Assembly (NCBI GenBank): GCA_903952135.1
Contig: CAJBER010000226.1
Coordinates: 11,804-75,803, forward strand
Source: an uncultured Algoriphagus sp.
GTDB lineage: Bacteria; Bacteroidota; Bacteroidia; Cytophagales; Cyclobacteriaceae
Direction of reading: 5' to 3'
Length of the DNA stretch: 64,000 nucleotides
Shown here: piece after piece, positions 21,131 through 31,394 of the stretch
Layout: each line of letters starts with the position of its first letter
How positions within the stretch are numbered: the stretch's first letter is position 1
The notes under the pieces: model-generated
Told to the model about the DNA's origin: nothing
The model's database searches: none
The model's input: only the letters and a program-made list of their open reading frames with translations
Program-made: the position numbers and the translations under genes

Positions 21131-22330
21131 ATGTCTATTCGGACGGTCCGATATGTTGTCTTTTTAAAAGATACACTGGCCCTCTCGCTAACTTCTTTTG
21201 GTGGGCCACAAGTTTTGCTCGCCATGATACTAGAGCGGATGGTCAAAAAAAGAGGGTACATCCAAGAGGAGGAGCTTTGGGAGTTGAATGCACTTTGCAG
21301 CATGCTCCCAGGACCCTCCTCTACTCAATTAATTTCCGCCATAGGATTTCGAGTAGGGGGTCCACGCCTAGCCTACTTGACACTCCTCGTCTGGATTCTC
21401 CCCGCAACCATTGCCATGATCTTGGCGGCAATCTTAATCCATTTTTTACAAGAGAATAGCCCTAAAGCCCTGGGCTTTGCAAAGTTTATCCAACCTATGG
21501 CAATCGGTTTTCTGATTTTTGCAGCACAGAAAACCATCACCAGAATGATCAAAACCCCCGAAGCCATCGTACTGATGATGCTCTCGGCCTTTGTCTCCTT
21601 TTTCTACAGCTCTCCCTACATCTTTCCAATCATGCTCCTCCTCGGAGGCCTGAGCACTTCCATCAAGTATAAAAATCAACCCAAGGTCGTCGAGGACAAA
21701 TCCTTGCATATCAAATGGAGCAATTTCTACCTCTGGGCTGGGGTACTGGTAGTAGCAGCAGTTGCAGGTGCCATAACCCAGTACAAACCCATCCTGCTAT
21801 TCGAGAATTTTTACCGAAATGGTAGCCTGATTTTTGGAGGTGGACAGGTGCTGATTCCCTATTTGTACACCGAATTCGTGGATTTTAAGCATTTTCTGAG
21901 TTCGGAAGAATTCCTTACCGGCTATGCCATCTCCCAAGGTATCCCAGGCCCCACCTTTTCCATCTCCTCCTACATTGGCGCACTTTCGATGCGCGATTTT
22001 GGACTAGGGGGATTTGTGATGGGAGGGCTGATCGCCACGGCAGGAATCTTCCTACCAGGGATCTTTCTAATCTTTTTTGTCATCCGCTTTTGGGATCTGC
22101 TCAAGCTCTATCGCCCTGTACGTGCAGCACTTGAAGGCATCAATGCCGTTTCCTGCGGCATGCTGATCGCGGCTGCTTATCTGCTTTTTGAACCATTAAA
22201 TCCAAATACGCTGAATATTGTTTTTATCCTTGGGACTTACGCCCTTCTTCAATTCACCAAAGTATCCTCCCCGCTTATCGTCGCTGTTGGTATTTTATTG
22301 GGTATTTTGGTTCAAAATTTCCTCCCTTAA
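21131..22330 (+). CDS. chrA: Chromate transporter family (long chain)
   Basis: Duplicated SFGGP...LPGPSS and IFGGG...IPGPTF motifs. Confidence 0.9.
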   Translation: MSIRTVRYVVFLKDTLALSLTSFGGPQVLLAMILERMVKKRGYIQEEELWELNALCSMLPGPSSTQLISAIGFRVGGPRLAYLTLLVWILPATIAMILAAILIHFLQENSPKALGFAKFIQPMAIGFLIFAAQKTITRMIKTPEAIVLMMLSAFVSFFYSSPYIFPIMLLLGGLSTSIKYKNQPKVVEDKSLHIKWSNFYLWAGVLVVAAVAGAITQYKPILLFENFYRNGSLIFGGGQVLIPYLYTEFVDFKHFLSSEEFLTGYAISQGIPGPTFSISSYIGALSMRDFGLGGFVMGGLIATAGIFLPGIFLIFFVIRFWDLLKLYRPVRAALEGINAVSCGMLIAAAYLLFEPLNPNTLNIVFILGTYALLQFTKVSSPLIVAVGILLGILVQNFLP

Positions 22331-22408
22331 TTCGTTCAAAAAATCAGAGCGAACAAGATCCCCAACAAAAGCGTTTTGAGTTATGAATTCATTTCCTAAC
22401 TTTCATTC

Positions 22409-23074
22409 ATGCAAGCTGCAGATTTTATCCACCCCCTCATTCCATCGATTCAGACTTCCGACCCCGTAGGTTCGGCGTTGAAGAAAATGGAGTCCCTGGA
22501 ATTGACTACGCTACCTGTAGTGGAAGGGGGCCTGTTTTTAGGGTTTGTAGAGGATGAAATCCTCCTTGAACAAGAAAATTTAGATATCCAAATTGCACAG
22601 GTAGAGTTAGACTGCGCATCATGCTGGGTATATGCGGATCAACATTTGTATGATTTGCTCCGAGTAGGTACTGAATACCAAGCCAAATGGGTAGGAATAT
22701 TGGATCGCGAGCAGCAGTATCTTGGGGTAGTTCCTACACAAGATGCGCTTACTGCCTACGCCGATAACTTCTCGATTCACGCTCAAGGATCTGTCTTGGT
22801 AATCTCCTTGCAAATGAACGACTTTCAGCTCTCTGAAATTGCCCGACTGGTGGAGTCCGAAAATTGCAAAATTTTGAGTTGTCAACTCTATGCGGACCCC
22901 ATGGATACCCAGTCTGTAGAGGTGACCCTTAAGTTGGATAAGCCCGATACCCGACATGTAAAAGCTACCCTGCTTCGTTTTGGCTATCAAGTAAAGGACT
23001 ACGCGCAAGAGGAAGTGGGGCAAAGTACAGATGAGGAGCGAATTGGGAATCTATTGCGGTTTTTAGACATTTAA
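22409..23074 (+). CDS. CBS domain protein
   Basis: LPVVEGG.FLGFV and QYLGVV CBS pair; C-terminal SEIARLVESE. Confidence 0.8.
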   Translation: MQAADFIHPLIPSIQTSDPVGSALKKMESLELTTLPVVEGGLFLGFVEDEILLEQENLDIQIAQVELDCASCWVYADQHLYDLLRVGTEYQAKWVGILDREQQYLGVVPTQDALTAYADNFSIHAQGSVLVISLQMNDFQLSEIARLVESENCKILSCQLYADPMDTQSVEVTLKLDKPDTRHVKATLLRFGYQVKDYAQEEVGQSTDEERIGNLLRFLDI

Positions 23075-23076
23075 CG

Positions 23077-23952
23077 ATGCGGGTTGCAATCCATGGCTTA
23101 TCCTTAAAAGCCGAATTTTTACCCATTCTTTGGGGGCTTTTTGAAAAACTTCAGTCGCTTGGAATTTCGGTTTGCCTGACCCCTAGTTTGGATCAGCAAC
23201 TCCGAGCACTAAGCTCCGTTGTCCCTACCTATGGCGTACTCAATCATCCGGATGACTTTGATGGGCTCGACTTTTTCCTATCCATTGGAGGCGACGGCAC
23301 CTTGCTTGATTCTGTCTGTGTAGTGGGGAAAAAAGAAATTCCCATTCTAGGACTCAATACGGGGCGATTAGGATTTCTAGCCACAGTGGCTACAGACAAA
23401 ATCGAGGATGCAATCGACCAATTGGCAAAGGGTAATTACCAAATCGAATCCAGATCGCTCTTATCCCTTACCAGCAGCAAAAAGCTATTCCATGGGACAA
23501 ATTTCGCTTTAAACGAGTTTACCATCCACAAAAAGGACACCTCTTCGATGATTACGGTCCATACCTATATCGATGGCAAGTACCTCAATTCCTATTGGGC
23601 AGATGGCTTGATTGTAGCCACTCCCACTGGATCTACTGGTTATTCGTTAAGCTGTGGAGGTCCTTTGATCACTCCTGGAGCCAAAAATTTTGTCATTACT
23701 CCAGTTAGTCCGCACAACTTGAATGTTCGCCCCATCATTGTATCAGATGAGGCAGAAATCAGTTTTGAGATCGAAGGCCGCACGGATAAGTTTATGATTT
23801 CGCTGGATTCTCGATCCACCTCCATTGCCTCTGAAGTGAAATTAAGCGTGAAAAAGGAGTCTTTCTCCGCAAAATTGGTGAAATTGCCATCCTATCACTT
23901 CTTTGATACCCTGCGCCAAAAGTTGAATTGGGGCTTGGACATGAGAAACTGA
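23077..23952 (+). CDS. nadK: NAD kinase
   Basis: GGDGTLL, GRLGFL, ALNE and DGLIVATPTGSTGYSLSCGGP. Confidence 0.96.
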   Translation: MRVAIHGLSLKAEFLPILWGLFEKLQSLGISVCLTPSLDQQLRALSSVVPTYGVLNHPDDFDGLDFFLSIGGDGTLLDSVCVVGKKEIPILGLNTGRLGFLATVATDKIEDAIDQLAKGNYQIESRSLLSLTSSKKLFHGTNFALNEFTIHKKDTSSMITVHTYIDGKYLNSYWADGLIVATPTGSTGYSLSCGGPLITPGAKNFVITPVSPHNLNVRPIIVSDEAEISFEIEGRTDKFMISLDSRSTSIASEVKLSVKKESFSAKLVKLPSYHFFDTLRQKLNWGLDMRN

Positions 23953-24034
23953 GTCCAGAAGCTTAACAATTATTAACCCGTTTGATACCAGGCCTCGTTT
24001 TTTATACGTTAGGTAGTTCATAACTTGCATCGTC

Positions 24035-24793
24035 TTGAAAAAGGTCAATTTTAAGATTTTCAGTCTCTTAGTAGCGCTAGGTTTCCTAACACTCGCCTCC
24101 ATGAATTCAAGTTTTGGACAGAGTTACGAGGTGGGAGGAGGTTTGGGAACTTCCGTCTATTCAGGGGACATCATTCGGAAAATTGACCCCGGCCAAGCTG
24201 GCCTTCAAGGAACGTTATTTGGCAAGAGAAATTTTGACAATGTTTGGAGCTTAAAGTTAGGTGTAAGTGTAGCCGAGCTCATGGCAGCGGATAGCATCCA
24301 GCCCATTGATGCAATGGCAAGCTTAAGGAATGCCTATGTAGATGGCCGAATCACCGAGTTTTCTGCGTTGGTGGAATTCAACTTCCTGGATTATGCCAAC
24401 CATAAGAGTGAATTTAGATTTTCACCCTATGCCTTTTTTGGCCTTGGTTACAGTTTTGTTCAGGGAGAAGGCCGAATCAATGCCAGTTTGCCGGTAGAGG
24501 ACTATCGCTTGAGTACTTTGGTCATCCCATTCGGTGGAGGAGTTAAATACCTCCTAACGGATCAGCTGACCCTAGGCATGGAGCTTGGTTTTCGACCTAC
24601 TACTTCGGATTTATTGGATAAACTGGATAGTACCCTACCTGCTTTGGCCAGATACGATACCCCAATTGATCCAACTTCGCAAGCGCTTTCCAAAGGCTTG
24701 AATTACGGCAACCCAAATACCAAAGATTGGTACTATTTTCTGGGAGTGACCTTGAGCTACACGATTACCAAAGCGCGTTGCTACACCTATTAA
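24035..24793 (+). CDS. DUF6089 / PorG-like outer-membrane beta-barrel protein
   Basis: YSGDI, SPYAFFG, IPFGGGVKY, DLLD and GNPNTKDWY; lies upstream of uppS-bamA-skp. Confidence 0.7.
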   Translation: MKKVNFKIFSLLVALGFLTLASMNSSFGQSYEVGGGLGTSVYSGDIIRKIDPGQAGLQGTLFGKRNFDNVWSLKLGVSVAELMAADSIQPIDAMASLRNAYVDGRITEFSALVEFNFLDYANHKSEFRFSPYAFFGLGYSFVQGEGRINASLPVEDYRLSTLVIPFGGGVKYLLTDQLTLGMELGFRPTTSDLLDKLDSTLPALARYDTPIDPTSQALSKGLNYGNPNTKDWYYFLGVTLSYTITKARCYTY

Positions 24794-24874
24794 TTAATTG
24801 GAGTCTAAGGGGATTTATTGAAAAAGAAATCCCATTTTTGTACCTCCAAAAAAGTGGGTATCCCAGCCGCTGAA

Positions 24875-25612
24875 ATGAAGGAAACGATAGACCGAAACAA
24901 CATACCGAAGCACATTGCCATCATCATGGATGGTAACGGAAGATGGGCCAAACAAAAAGGCGCCATGCGGATATTTGGGCATCGGAATGCCATCCAAGCC
25001 GTTCGAGAAGCCATTGAAGGATCGGGAGAGCTGGGTGTAAACTACCTAACCCTATTTTCTTTTTCAACAGAGAACTGGTCCCGCCCCAAAGAAGAGGTGG
25101 AGGCCCTGATGGATTTGTTGGTACAAACCATCGTTGCAGAGACCGGGCTGATGATGAAAAACAAGGTTCGACTGAATGCAATTGGTGATTTGGAAAGCTT
25201 GCCCAAATCCACTTACGACAAGTTGGTCGAAGTAATGAAACAAACTTCAGCAAACACGGGATTAACCGTGAATTTGGCTTTAAGCTACAGTGGGCAATGG
25301 GAACTTACCAAAGCTGCACAACGCATTGCTCAAAAAGTCTCCGAAGGAAAATTAAGCCCAGGAGAAATTACCCAACAAACCCTGGCTGATCATTTGGATA
25401 CAGCGGGCATCCCTGATCCTGAATTGATGATTCGAACCAGTGGAGAATACCGAATAAGTAATTTTCTCCTCTGGCAATTGGCCTACTCTGAATTGTATTT
25501 TTCAGATGTTTTGTGGCCTGATTTTAGAAAAGAACACCTGTTTGCCGCGATTGAAGATTACCAAAAGAGAGAAAGAAGGTTTGGAAAAACCGGCGAACAA
25601 GTTAAACCTTAA
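24875..25612 (+). CDS. uppS: Undecaprenyl diphosphate synthase
   Basis: HIAIIMDGNGRWA, FSTENWSRP and IRTSGEYRISNFLLWQ. Confidence 0.96.
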   Translation: MKETIDRNNIPKHIAIIMDGNGRWAKQKGAMRIFGHRNAIQAVREAIEGSGELGVNYLTLFSFSTENWSRPKEEVEALMDLLVQTIVAETGLMMKNKVRLNAIGDLESLPKSTYDKLVEVMKQTSANTGLTVNLALSYSGQWELTKAAQRIAQKVSEGKLSPGEITQQTLADHLDTAGIPDPELMIRTSGEYRISNFLLWQLAYSELYFSDVLWPDFRKEHLFAAIEDYQKRERRFGKTGEQVKP

Positions 25613-25618
25613 GTAGTA

Positions 25619-28312
25619 ATGAAAAGAAGTTTATTGATTCTGTTTTGTTTGATTTGGTCGGCAAGTGCCATCGCTCAAATTCGTTTGGGCCAAAGCCGCT
25701 ATGCCTCCACACGACCAGTCAACATTTTGGAATTGAACTATGCCAAGCCCCAGAAATTTAGAATTGCTGAAATAAAGGCCGTAGGATTATCTACCCTCGA
25801 TGAAAACGCCATCATCTCCCTTTCTGGCTTGAAAGTAGACGATCGGATCGATGTCCCTGGGGATGCCATTTCAGGCGCTTTGAAGAAATTGTGGGGACAA
25901 GGAATTATCGGAGATGTGAAAATCTTGGTAACCAAAATTGAAGGAGAGGACATCTACTTACTCCTAGACCTGACTGAAAGACCTCGATTTTCTCGAGTGG
26001 AATTTGAAGGAATCAACAAAACTCAAGAAGGGGAATTGCGCGATAAAGTCAATATTCGCGGACGTGTAGTGCGAGACGATGTGCTCAACACAGCCAAACG
26101 GAATATTGAAAAGTATTACCTAGACAAGGGCTTCCTCAATACCGAAGTAAAAATCATTCAGGACAGAGACACTACGCTACCCAATAGCGTTAAACTTCGC
26201 TTTGACATTGATCCCAAATCAAAAGTAAAAATCAATGAGATTGCTTTTTATGGGAACGATGAAATCAGCGATCGCGCGCTCAAAGGAAAACTTAAGAAAA
26301 CAAAAGAGCACGCGCGAGTAGCCATCTTCAAGGATTTCTACAGTCGCTTGGTGGATGCTGATGGAAAAAGCCTCACGCAATCACTCCTCAACAGCCAGGT
26401 CGCTACCTCTGAACAGGTAAACAGTTACATCAACAAAAATTTCAAACTAAACTTCTTCAACGGATCCAAATACAATCCAAAGGAGTACAGAGCGGACAAA
26501 GACAAAGCCATTGCCTTCTACAATAGCAAGGGATTCAGAGATGCCAAAATCTTGGAAGACTCCATCTACAAATTCAGCGAGGACAAGATCAACATTGATA
26601 TCTCCTTGGAAGAAGGTCGCAAGTACTACTACCGCAATATCACCTTCACTGGGAATTACATCCATGAAGATGCTGTCCTTCTTGCAAAACTAGGGATTGA
26701 AAAAGGAGATGTTTACGACAAAGAAAAGCTAGACAAGCGCCTCAACTACGACCCACAAAAGGGTGATGACGTGAGTTCCTTGTACCAGGATAATGGCTAT
26801 CTTTTCTTCAACATTGATCCTGTAGAAATCAATGTATCCGGAGATTCCATCGACCTGGAAATGCGGATTTTTGAAGGTCCGCAAGTCACTGTTAACAGCG
26901 TAAGTATTAAAGGCAACGACCGGACTTCCGATCACGTGGTCATGCGAGAAATTCGAATTCTTCCTGGTCAGAAATTTAACCGAAGCTTGCTCGTTCGTAC
27001 CATCCGAGAGCTTTCAACTTTGGGATACTTTGACCCAGAAAAAATCAATCCAGACCTTCGTCCAAACTTTGAAAGTGCTACTGTAGACATCACCTTTGAA
27101 TTGGAAGAGCGTCCCAATGACCAGATTGAATTGTCTGGAGGCTGGGGAGGATTCTTCGGATTTGTAGGTACAGTAGGATTGGTTTTCAACAACTTCTCCA
27201 TCAAAAACATAGGCAACTTTGAAAAGTGGGATCCGCTACCGGTGGGTGATGGACAAAAACTTTCGGTACGTGTACAAGCCAACGGACAAGCCTTCCAAAA
27301 CTATTCTCTCTCCTTGAGTGAGCCTTGGTTTGGTGGGAAAAAGCCCAACTCCCTAAGCTTTGCTTTTAACCACTCCGTTCAGCGACAGGTAGATTACTTC
27401 AATCAAGGAAATGGGGGAGATTTAGGTTTCTTTAAAATTACTGGGGTGACCATGGGCCTTTCCAAGCGTATCACCTGGCCAGATGATTACTTCAGCATCA
27501 GCAACTCCCTTCAATTCCAAAACTACGAGTTCAACCAGTTTGGAACTTCCTTTGGATTGAGCTACCCTACTGGCATCTCCAAAAGTGTGGTGCTAAATAC
27601 AACGGTGGCGCGTAACAACGTGGACAACACCATTTATCCACGCCAAGGATCCAACATCATCATGTCGATGAATTTGACTCCTCCTTATGCGTCCTTAAAC
27701 AAGGGCCTAAACGAAGAATCTGGAGACCAGGAAAAATACAAGTGGTTGGAATACCACAAGTGGATGTTTGACGCTTCTTTCTATACTCCACTCTTTGGTT
27801 CCTCTAAGTTTGTGGCTAGCGCACGAGCACACATGGGCTTCTTGGGATCTTATGGCAACAAGCTCGGCATCATCCCATTGGAACGCTTTGTGATGGGGGG
27901 TGATGGAATGAACTTCAACAACTTTGCCTTAGGTCAAGAAATCGTAGGTTTGAGAGGATACGAAAATCAAACGATCACACCTGGACGAAATACCCGAGGT
28001 ACTGCTGATCCCGATCCATATGGGGGGGTAGTGTACAATAAGTATGTGATGGAACTTCGATTCCTCGTATCTCCTAACCCATCTGCTACTATCTTCTTGC
28101 TCACTTTTGCTGAAGCTGGTAACAACTGGGGAGATTACAAGGATTTCAATCCTTATGACCTCAAAAAATCTGCTGGGGTAGGCGCTCGAATATTTATGCC
28201 TGCATTTGGTCTACTCGGTGTGGATTGGGGATATGGGTTTGACCCAATGCCTGGAGCCTTGAAGGCAAGTGGTCCTCAATTCCACTTTACCATTGGCCAG
28301 CAGTTCAGATAA
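25619..28312 (+). CDS. bamA: Outer membrane protein assembly factor BamA
   Basis: POTRA repeats, LRGY loop-6 motif and C-terminal FHFTIGQQF. Confidence 0.93.
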   Translation: MKRSLLILFCLIWSASAIAQIRLGQSRYASTRPVNILELNYAKPQKFRIAEIKAVGLSTLDENAIISLSGLKVDDRIDVPGDAISGALKKLWGQGIIGDVKILVTKIEGEDIYLLLDLTERPRFSRVEFEGINKTQEGELRDKVNIRGRVVRDDVLNTAKRNIEKYYLDKGFLNTEVKIIQDRDTTLPNSVKLRFDIDPKSKVKINEIAFYGNDEISDRALKGKLKKTKEHARVAIFKDFYSRLVDADGKSLTQSLLNSQVATSEQVNSYINKNFKLNFFNGSKYNPKEYRADKDKAIAFYNSKGFRDAKILEDSIYKFSEDKINIDISLEEGRKYYYRNITFTGNYIHEDAVLLAKLGIEKGDVYDKEKLDKRLNYDPQKGDDVSSLYQDNGYLFFNIDPVEINVSGDSIDLEMRIFEGPQVTVNSVSIKGNDRTSDHVVMREIRILPGQKFNRSLLVRTIRELSTLGYFDPEKINPDLRPNFESATVDITFELEERPNDQIELSGGWGGFFGFVGTVGLVFNNFSIKNIGNFEKWDPLPVGDGQKLSVRVQANGQAFQNYSLSLSEPWFGGKKPNSLSFAFNHSVQRQVDYFNQGNGGDLGFFKITGVTMGLSKRITWPDDYFSISNSLQFQNYEFNQFGTSFGLSYPTGISKSVVLNTTVARNNVDNTIYPRQGSNIIMSMNLTPPYASLNKGLNEESGDQEKYKWLEYHKWMFDASFYTPLFGSSKFVASARAHMGFLGSYGNKLGIIPLERFVMGGDGMNFNNFALGQEIVGLRGYENQTITPGRNTRGTADPDPYGGVVYNKYVMELRFLVSPNPSATIFLLTFAEAGNNWGDYKDFNPYDLKKSAGVGARIFMPAFGLLGVDWGYGFDPMPGALKASGPQFHFTIGQQFR

Positions 28313-28400
28313 TCTTTTGGAATTCACAGCGTTTGTTAATTTATGTTAGGAAAAACCTAAATTTTGTTCGCTGGAGTTAATCCAAAAACGTAAAGAACGC

Positions 28401-28931
28401 ATGAATAAATCATTCAAAATTGTACTTTTACTTTTCATAATCCTGTATTCTGGACCTTTGGCAGCCCAAAAGTTTGGATACATCGATTCTGAATACATTC
28501 TAAACAAGCATCCAGACTACAAACTGGTGCAGGATGAGTTGAAAAAGCTCAGTGAGGAATGGAAAAAAGAGGCACAAAATTTGGATCAGGAAATAAAGGA
28601 ACTATCCGCCCAGCTCAAAGCTGAGGAAGTCCTGCTTACTGAAGAGATGTACCAAAAAAGAGTAGAAGTAATCAAGGCAAAGCAAAAGGCTTCGCAGGAA
28701 TTTACGAGTCGGGTGTTTGGGATAGATGGAGTATACTACCAAAAGCAGGCAGAACTTCTTCAGCCCCTACAATCCAAAATTTACGATGCCATCGAACGGG
28801 TATCGCGCAGAAACAATCTCGCTGTTCTTTTCGATAAGGCTGCAGGACCATCTGCAATTATTTATACAGATCCAAGACATGACTATTCTGAGTTTGTCCT
28901 GGAAGAATTAGGAATTGAAGACAACAATTAA
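28401..28931 (+). CDS. OmpH/Skp chaperone
   Basis: KFGYIDSEYIL followed by coiled coil; downstream of bamA. Confidence 0.9.
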   Translation: MNKSFKIVLLLFIILYSGPLAAQKFGYIDSEYILNKHPDYKLVQDELKKLSEEWKKEAQNLDQEIKELSAQLKAEEVLLTEEMYQKRVEVIKAKQKASQEFTSRVFGIDGVYYQKQAELLQPLQSKIYDAIERVSRRNNLAVLFDKAAGPSAIIYTDPRHDYSEFVLEELGIEDNN

Positions 28932-28942
28932 ATACACACCAA

Positions 28943-29491
28943 ATGATGAAAGTAAACGTTATCCTAGCTTCTCTAGCCTTGCTATTGGTAGGATTCACCG
29001 CCCAAGCTCAAAGCACTATCAAAATCGGGTACACGAGCGTAGAATTGATTATGGATTTGATGCCAGAAATGGAGCAAATTGGAGCTGATGTTCAAGATTA
29101 CCAGACCCAACTTCAAACCAACATCCAAACCAAAGCTGCAGACTTCCAAAAGCAAGTAGAAGCCTATCAGCAAGCTGCTCCTACCATGACTGAAACTGCT
29201 AGAGCAGCAAAAGAGCAAGAATTGACCAAACTTCGTGATGACCTTCAGAAGTATGAGCAAGATGCACAAACCTCCTACCAAAGAAAGTTGCAGGAGCTTT
29301 TGGAGCCTGTTCAAACGAAAGTGATCAACGCAATCAATGCAGTTGCCGCAGAGAACAACTACACTCATATTTTTGCTGAAACTGCAGGACAATCACCCAT
29401 CTTGTTGTACACCAAAGAGGAAGATAAATTTACCGAATTGGTTTTGGCCAAGTTAGGAATTCAGATTCCAGCGAAACCCGCTCAAAAATAA
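28943..29491 (+). CDS. OmpH/Skp chaperone (second paralog)
   Basis: KIGYTSVELIMDLMPE and AINAVAAENNYTHIF. Confidence 0.9.
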   Translation: MMKVNVILASLALLLVGFTAQAQSTIKIGYTSVELIMDLMPEMEQIGADVQDYQTQLQTNIQTKAADFQKQVEAYQQAAPTMTETARAAKEQELTKLRDDLQKYEQDAQTSYQRKLQELLEPVQTKVINAINAVAAENNYTHIFAETAGQSPILLYTKEEDKFTELVLAKLGIQIPAKPAQK

Positions 29492-29496
29492 AAACG

Positions 29497-29522
29497 AACC
29501 GGCCCAAGTGGCCGGTTTTTTT
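29497..29522 (+). terminator. Intrinsic terminator after skp2
   Basis: AACCGGCC-caagt-GGCCGGTT followed by TTTTT. Confidence 0.7.
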
Positions 29523-29828
29523 ATGGCAAAAAAATCTCCCAAAACCATTCTACTCGAGAGCCAAGAACCGCTCTTAGTGGACTTTTATGCGGATTGGTGT
29601 GGACCTTGCCAAACCTTATCACCTGTACTGGAAAAAGTGGTGGATGAACTCCAGGGTAAAGTCACCTTATTCAAAGTGAATGTGGACAAGCATCCACAGC
29701 TCGCTCAGCAGTTTGCCATTCGCTCCATCCCACATCTCATGCTCTTTAAAAGAGGAAAGATCCTATGGCGGAAAGGAGGCCTGCTCACCAGCGCTGAGCT
29801 GCTGAAGCAACTCAAGGCATTTGTATAA
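29523..29828 (+). CDS. trxA: Thioredoxin
   Basis: LVDFYADWCGPC and IRSIP. Confidence 0.9.
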   Translation: MAKKSPKTILLESQEPLLVDFYADWCGPCQTLSPVLEKVVDELQGKVTLFKVNVDKHPQLAQQFAIRSIPHLMLFKRGKILWRKGGLLTSAELLKQLKAFV

Positions 29829-29855
29829 AAAAAAGGGGCTTGAGCCCCTTTTTTT
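29828..29855. terminator. Bidirectional intrinsic terminator
   Basis: AAAAAAAGGGGCT-tg-AGCCCCTTTTTTT. Confidence 0.8.
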
Positions 29856-31272
29856 AGATGTAGTATTTCAAACGAATCACCTCTTGTTCGGTAAGGAAGC
29901 GATAGTGTCCCCGCTTCAAATCCTTCTTGTCTAGGCCGGCATACATCACCCGATCCAAAGCCACTACCTCATAGCCCAGGTGTGAAAAAATTCGACGTAC
30001 AATTCGGTTCCTCCCAATGTGAATTTCCAAACCTAGGATAGTTCTATCCTTCGAAAGTACTTGCAAGTCATCTACCTTAGCATCCCCATCCTCTAGGGTA
30101 AGCCCTTCGATGATTTCTTCCTCATCCTTAGCGGTCAAAGGCTTATCCAAGGTCACCTGGTAGATTTTCTTAATCTCATTGGAAGGATGGGATAGCTTAG
30201 CTGCCAGTTCCCCATCATTGGTAAATACAAGCAAGCCCGTGGTATTTCTATCCAAACGACCTACTGGAAAAATTCGCTCCTCACAGGCATTTTCAACCAG
30301 CTTCATCACTGTCTTCCGCTCCATAGGGTCTTCTGTAGTGGTGATAAAATCTTTCGGCTTGTTTAACAAGACATACACTGGTTTTTCAGGATTAATCTTC
30401 TTTCCTTGGAAAACCACGTGATCCGACTTTTTTACTTTGTAGCCCATCTCCTGAACCACCACGCCATTGACTACTACCAATCCCTTCAGGATCAAGTCGT
30501 CGGCCTCTCTACGGCTACAAATGCCTGAGTTTGCCACGTATTTGTTGAGACGAATGAGCTCTTCCCCCTCCTTTTTATTCTTTTTCTGAGGAAGGCTATC
30601 AAAATTATAGTCAGGTCGATCTGCACTTAGCTCGACAAACTTGCTTCTATTCTTTCCAAATCCTCTTTTCTCTGTTGGTGCATCCCCATTGAATTGCTTA
30701 GGTTCCACCCCATAAATAGGCTTTTGGTCCTTTCCTCTTCCCTTGTACACGCGTTTTTCACCTGGAGCAAGCGGAGCCTTATCCTCCGAAAAATCTTTTC
30801 TACCTCCTTTATCTTTTGAGAAAGCTGGCTTAGTATACTCCCCCTTCTTGAATCCGGGCTTATCCCCGCGGACTGGACGAGGACTGGACTCGTTGAATTT
30901 ACCTCCAAACTTTCTTCCTTCCCCACGCTCCTCCTTTTTAAAGCGATTGGGAGAATCCCCAAAAGATTTTTTCTCCTTCCAATCGGATGACTTTTCCCCA
31001 AAGGAAGGTCTTCCCTCAGAGCCCGCTTCCTTGTCTTTAAAAAATCTACCTTTTGAAGCTCCTTTGTACGGAGCACCTTCTGAATTTCTTCTTTCATAAG
31101 GTTTCTTTTCAGTGGCATTTTCTTTTTTACCAAAGAACTTGCCCTTACCCGAATCAGAAGAATTGTCTTTTTTTGAGAAGGAGGACCCCCTTGGGGATTT
31201 TTTGTTGCCTGAAGCATCTCCTTCCTTTTTGTCCGAACCAAAAAATGGTTTTCTAGGATTATTTCTTTTCAT
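29854..31272 (-). CDS. rluB: RsuA/RluB-family pseudouridine synthase with long disordered N-terminus
   Basis: IRLNKYVANSGICSRREAD (S4), LLNKPK, PVGRLDRNTTG and GRNRIVRR; promoter TATCTTTG at 31352-31345. Confidence 0.85.
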   Translation of the reverse strand: MKRNNPRKPFFGSDKKEGDASGNKKSPRGSSFSKKDNSSDSGKGKFFGKKENATEKKPYERRNSEGAPYKGASKGRFFKDKEAGSEGRPSFGEKSSDWKEKKSFGDSPNRFKKEERGEGRKFGGKFNESSPRPVRGDKPGFKKGEYTKPAFSKDKGGRKDFSEDKAPLAPGEKRVYKGRGKDQKPIYGVEPKQFNGDAPTEKRGFGKNRSKFVELSADRPDYNFDSLPQKKNKKEGEELIRLNKYVANSGICSRREADDLILKGLVVVNGVVVQEMGYKVKKSDHVVFQGKKINPEKPVYVLLNKPKDFITTTEDPMERKTVMKLVENACEERIFPVGRLDRNTTGLLVFTNDGELAAKLSHPSNEIKKIYQVTLDKPLTAKDEEEIIEGLTLEDGDAKVDDLQVLSKDRTILGLEIHIGRNRIVRRIFSHLGYEVVALDRVMYAGLDKKDLKRGHYRFLTEQEVIRLKYYI

Positions 31273-31394
31273 GCTGTTGCAGCATCACTGCTGTAGTTGT
31301 TTAAATTAATTTACCTTCTGAAATTCAAAGGATTAAATAGCCCGCAAAGATACGTGGAATTGAACCAATCCGGTTCCTGTATTCAAAATATTCT

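Noticed and set aside
30627-31241. 204-aa alternative-frame ORF within rluB
   Set aside because: Explained by purine-rich low-complexity sequence that is poor in stop codons.
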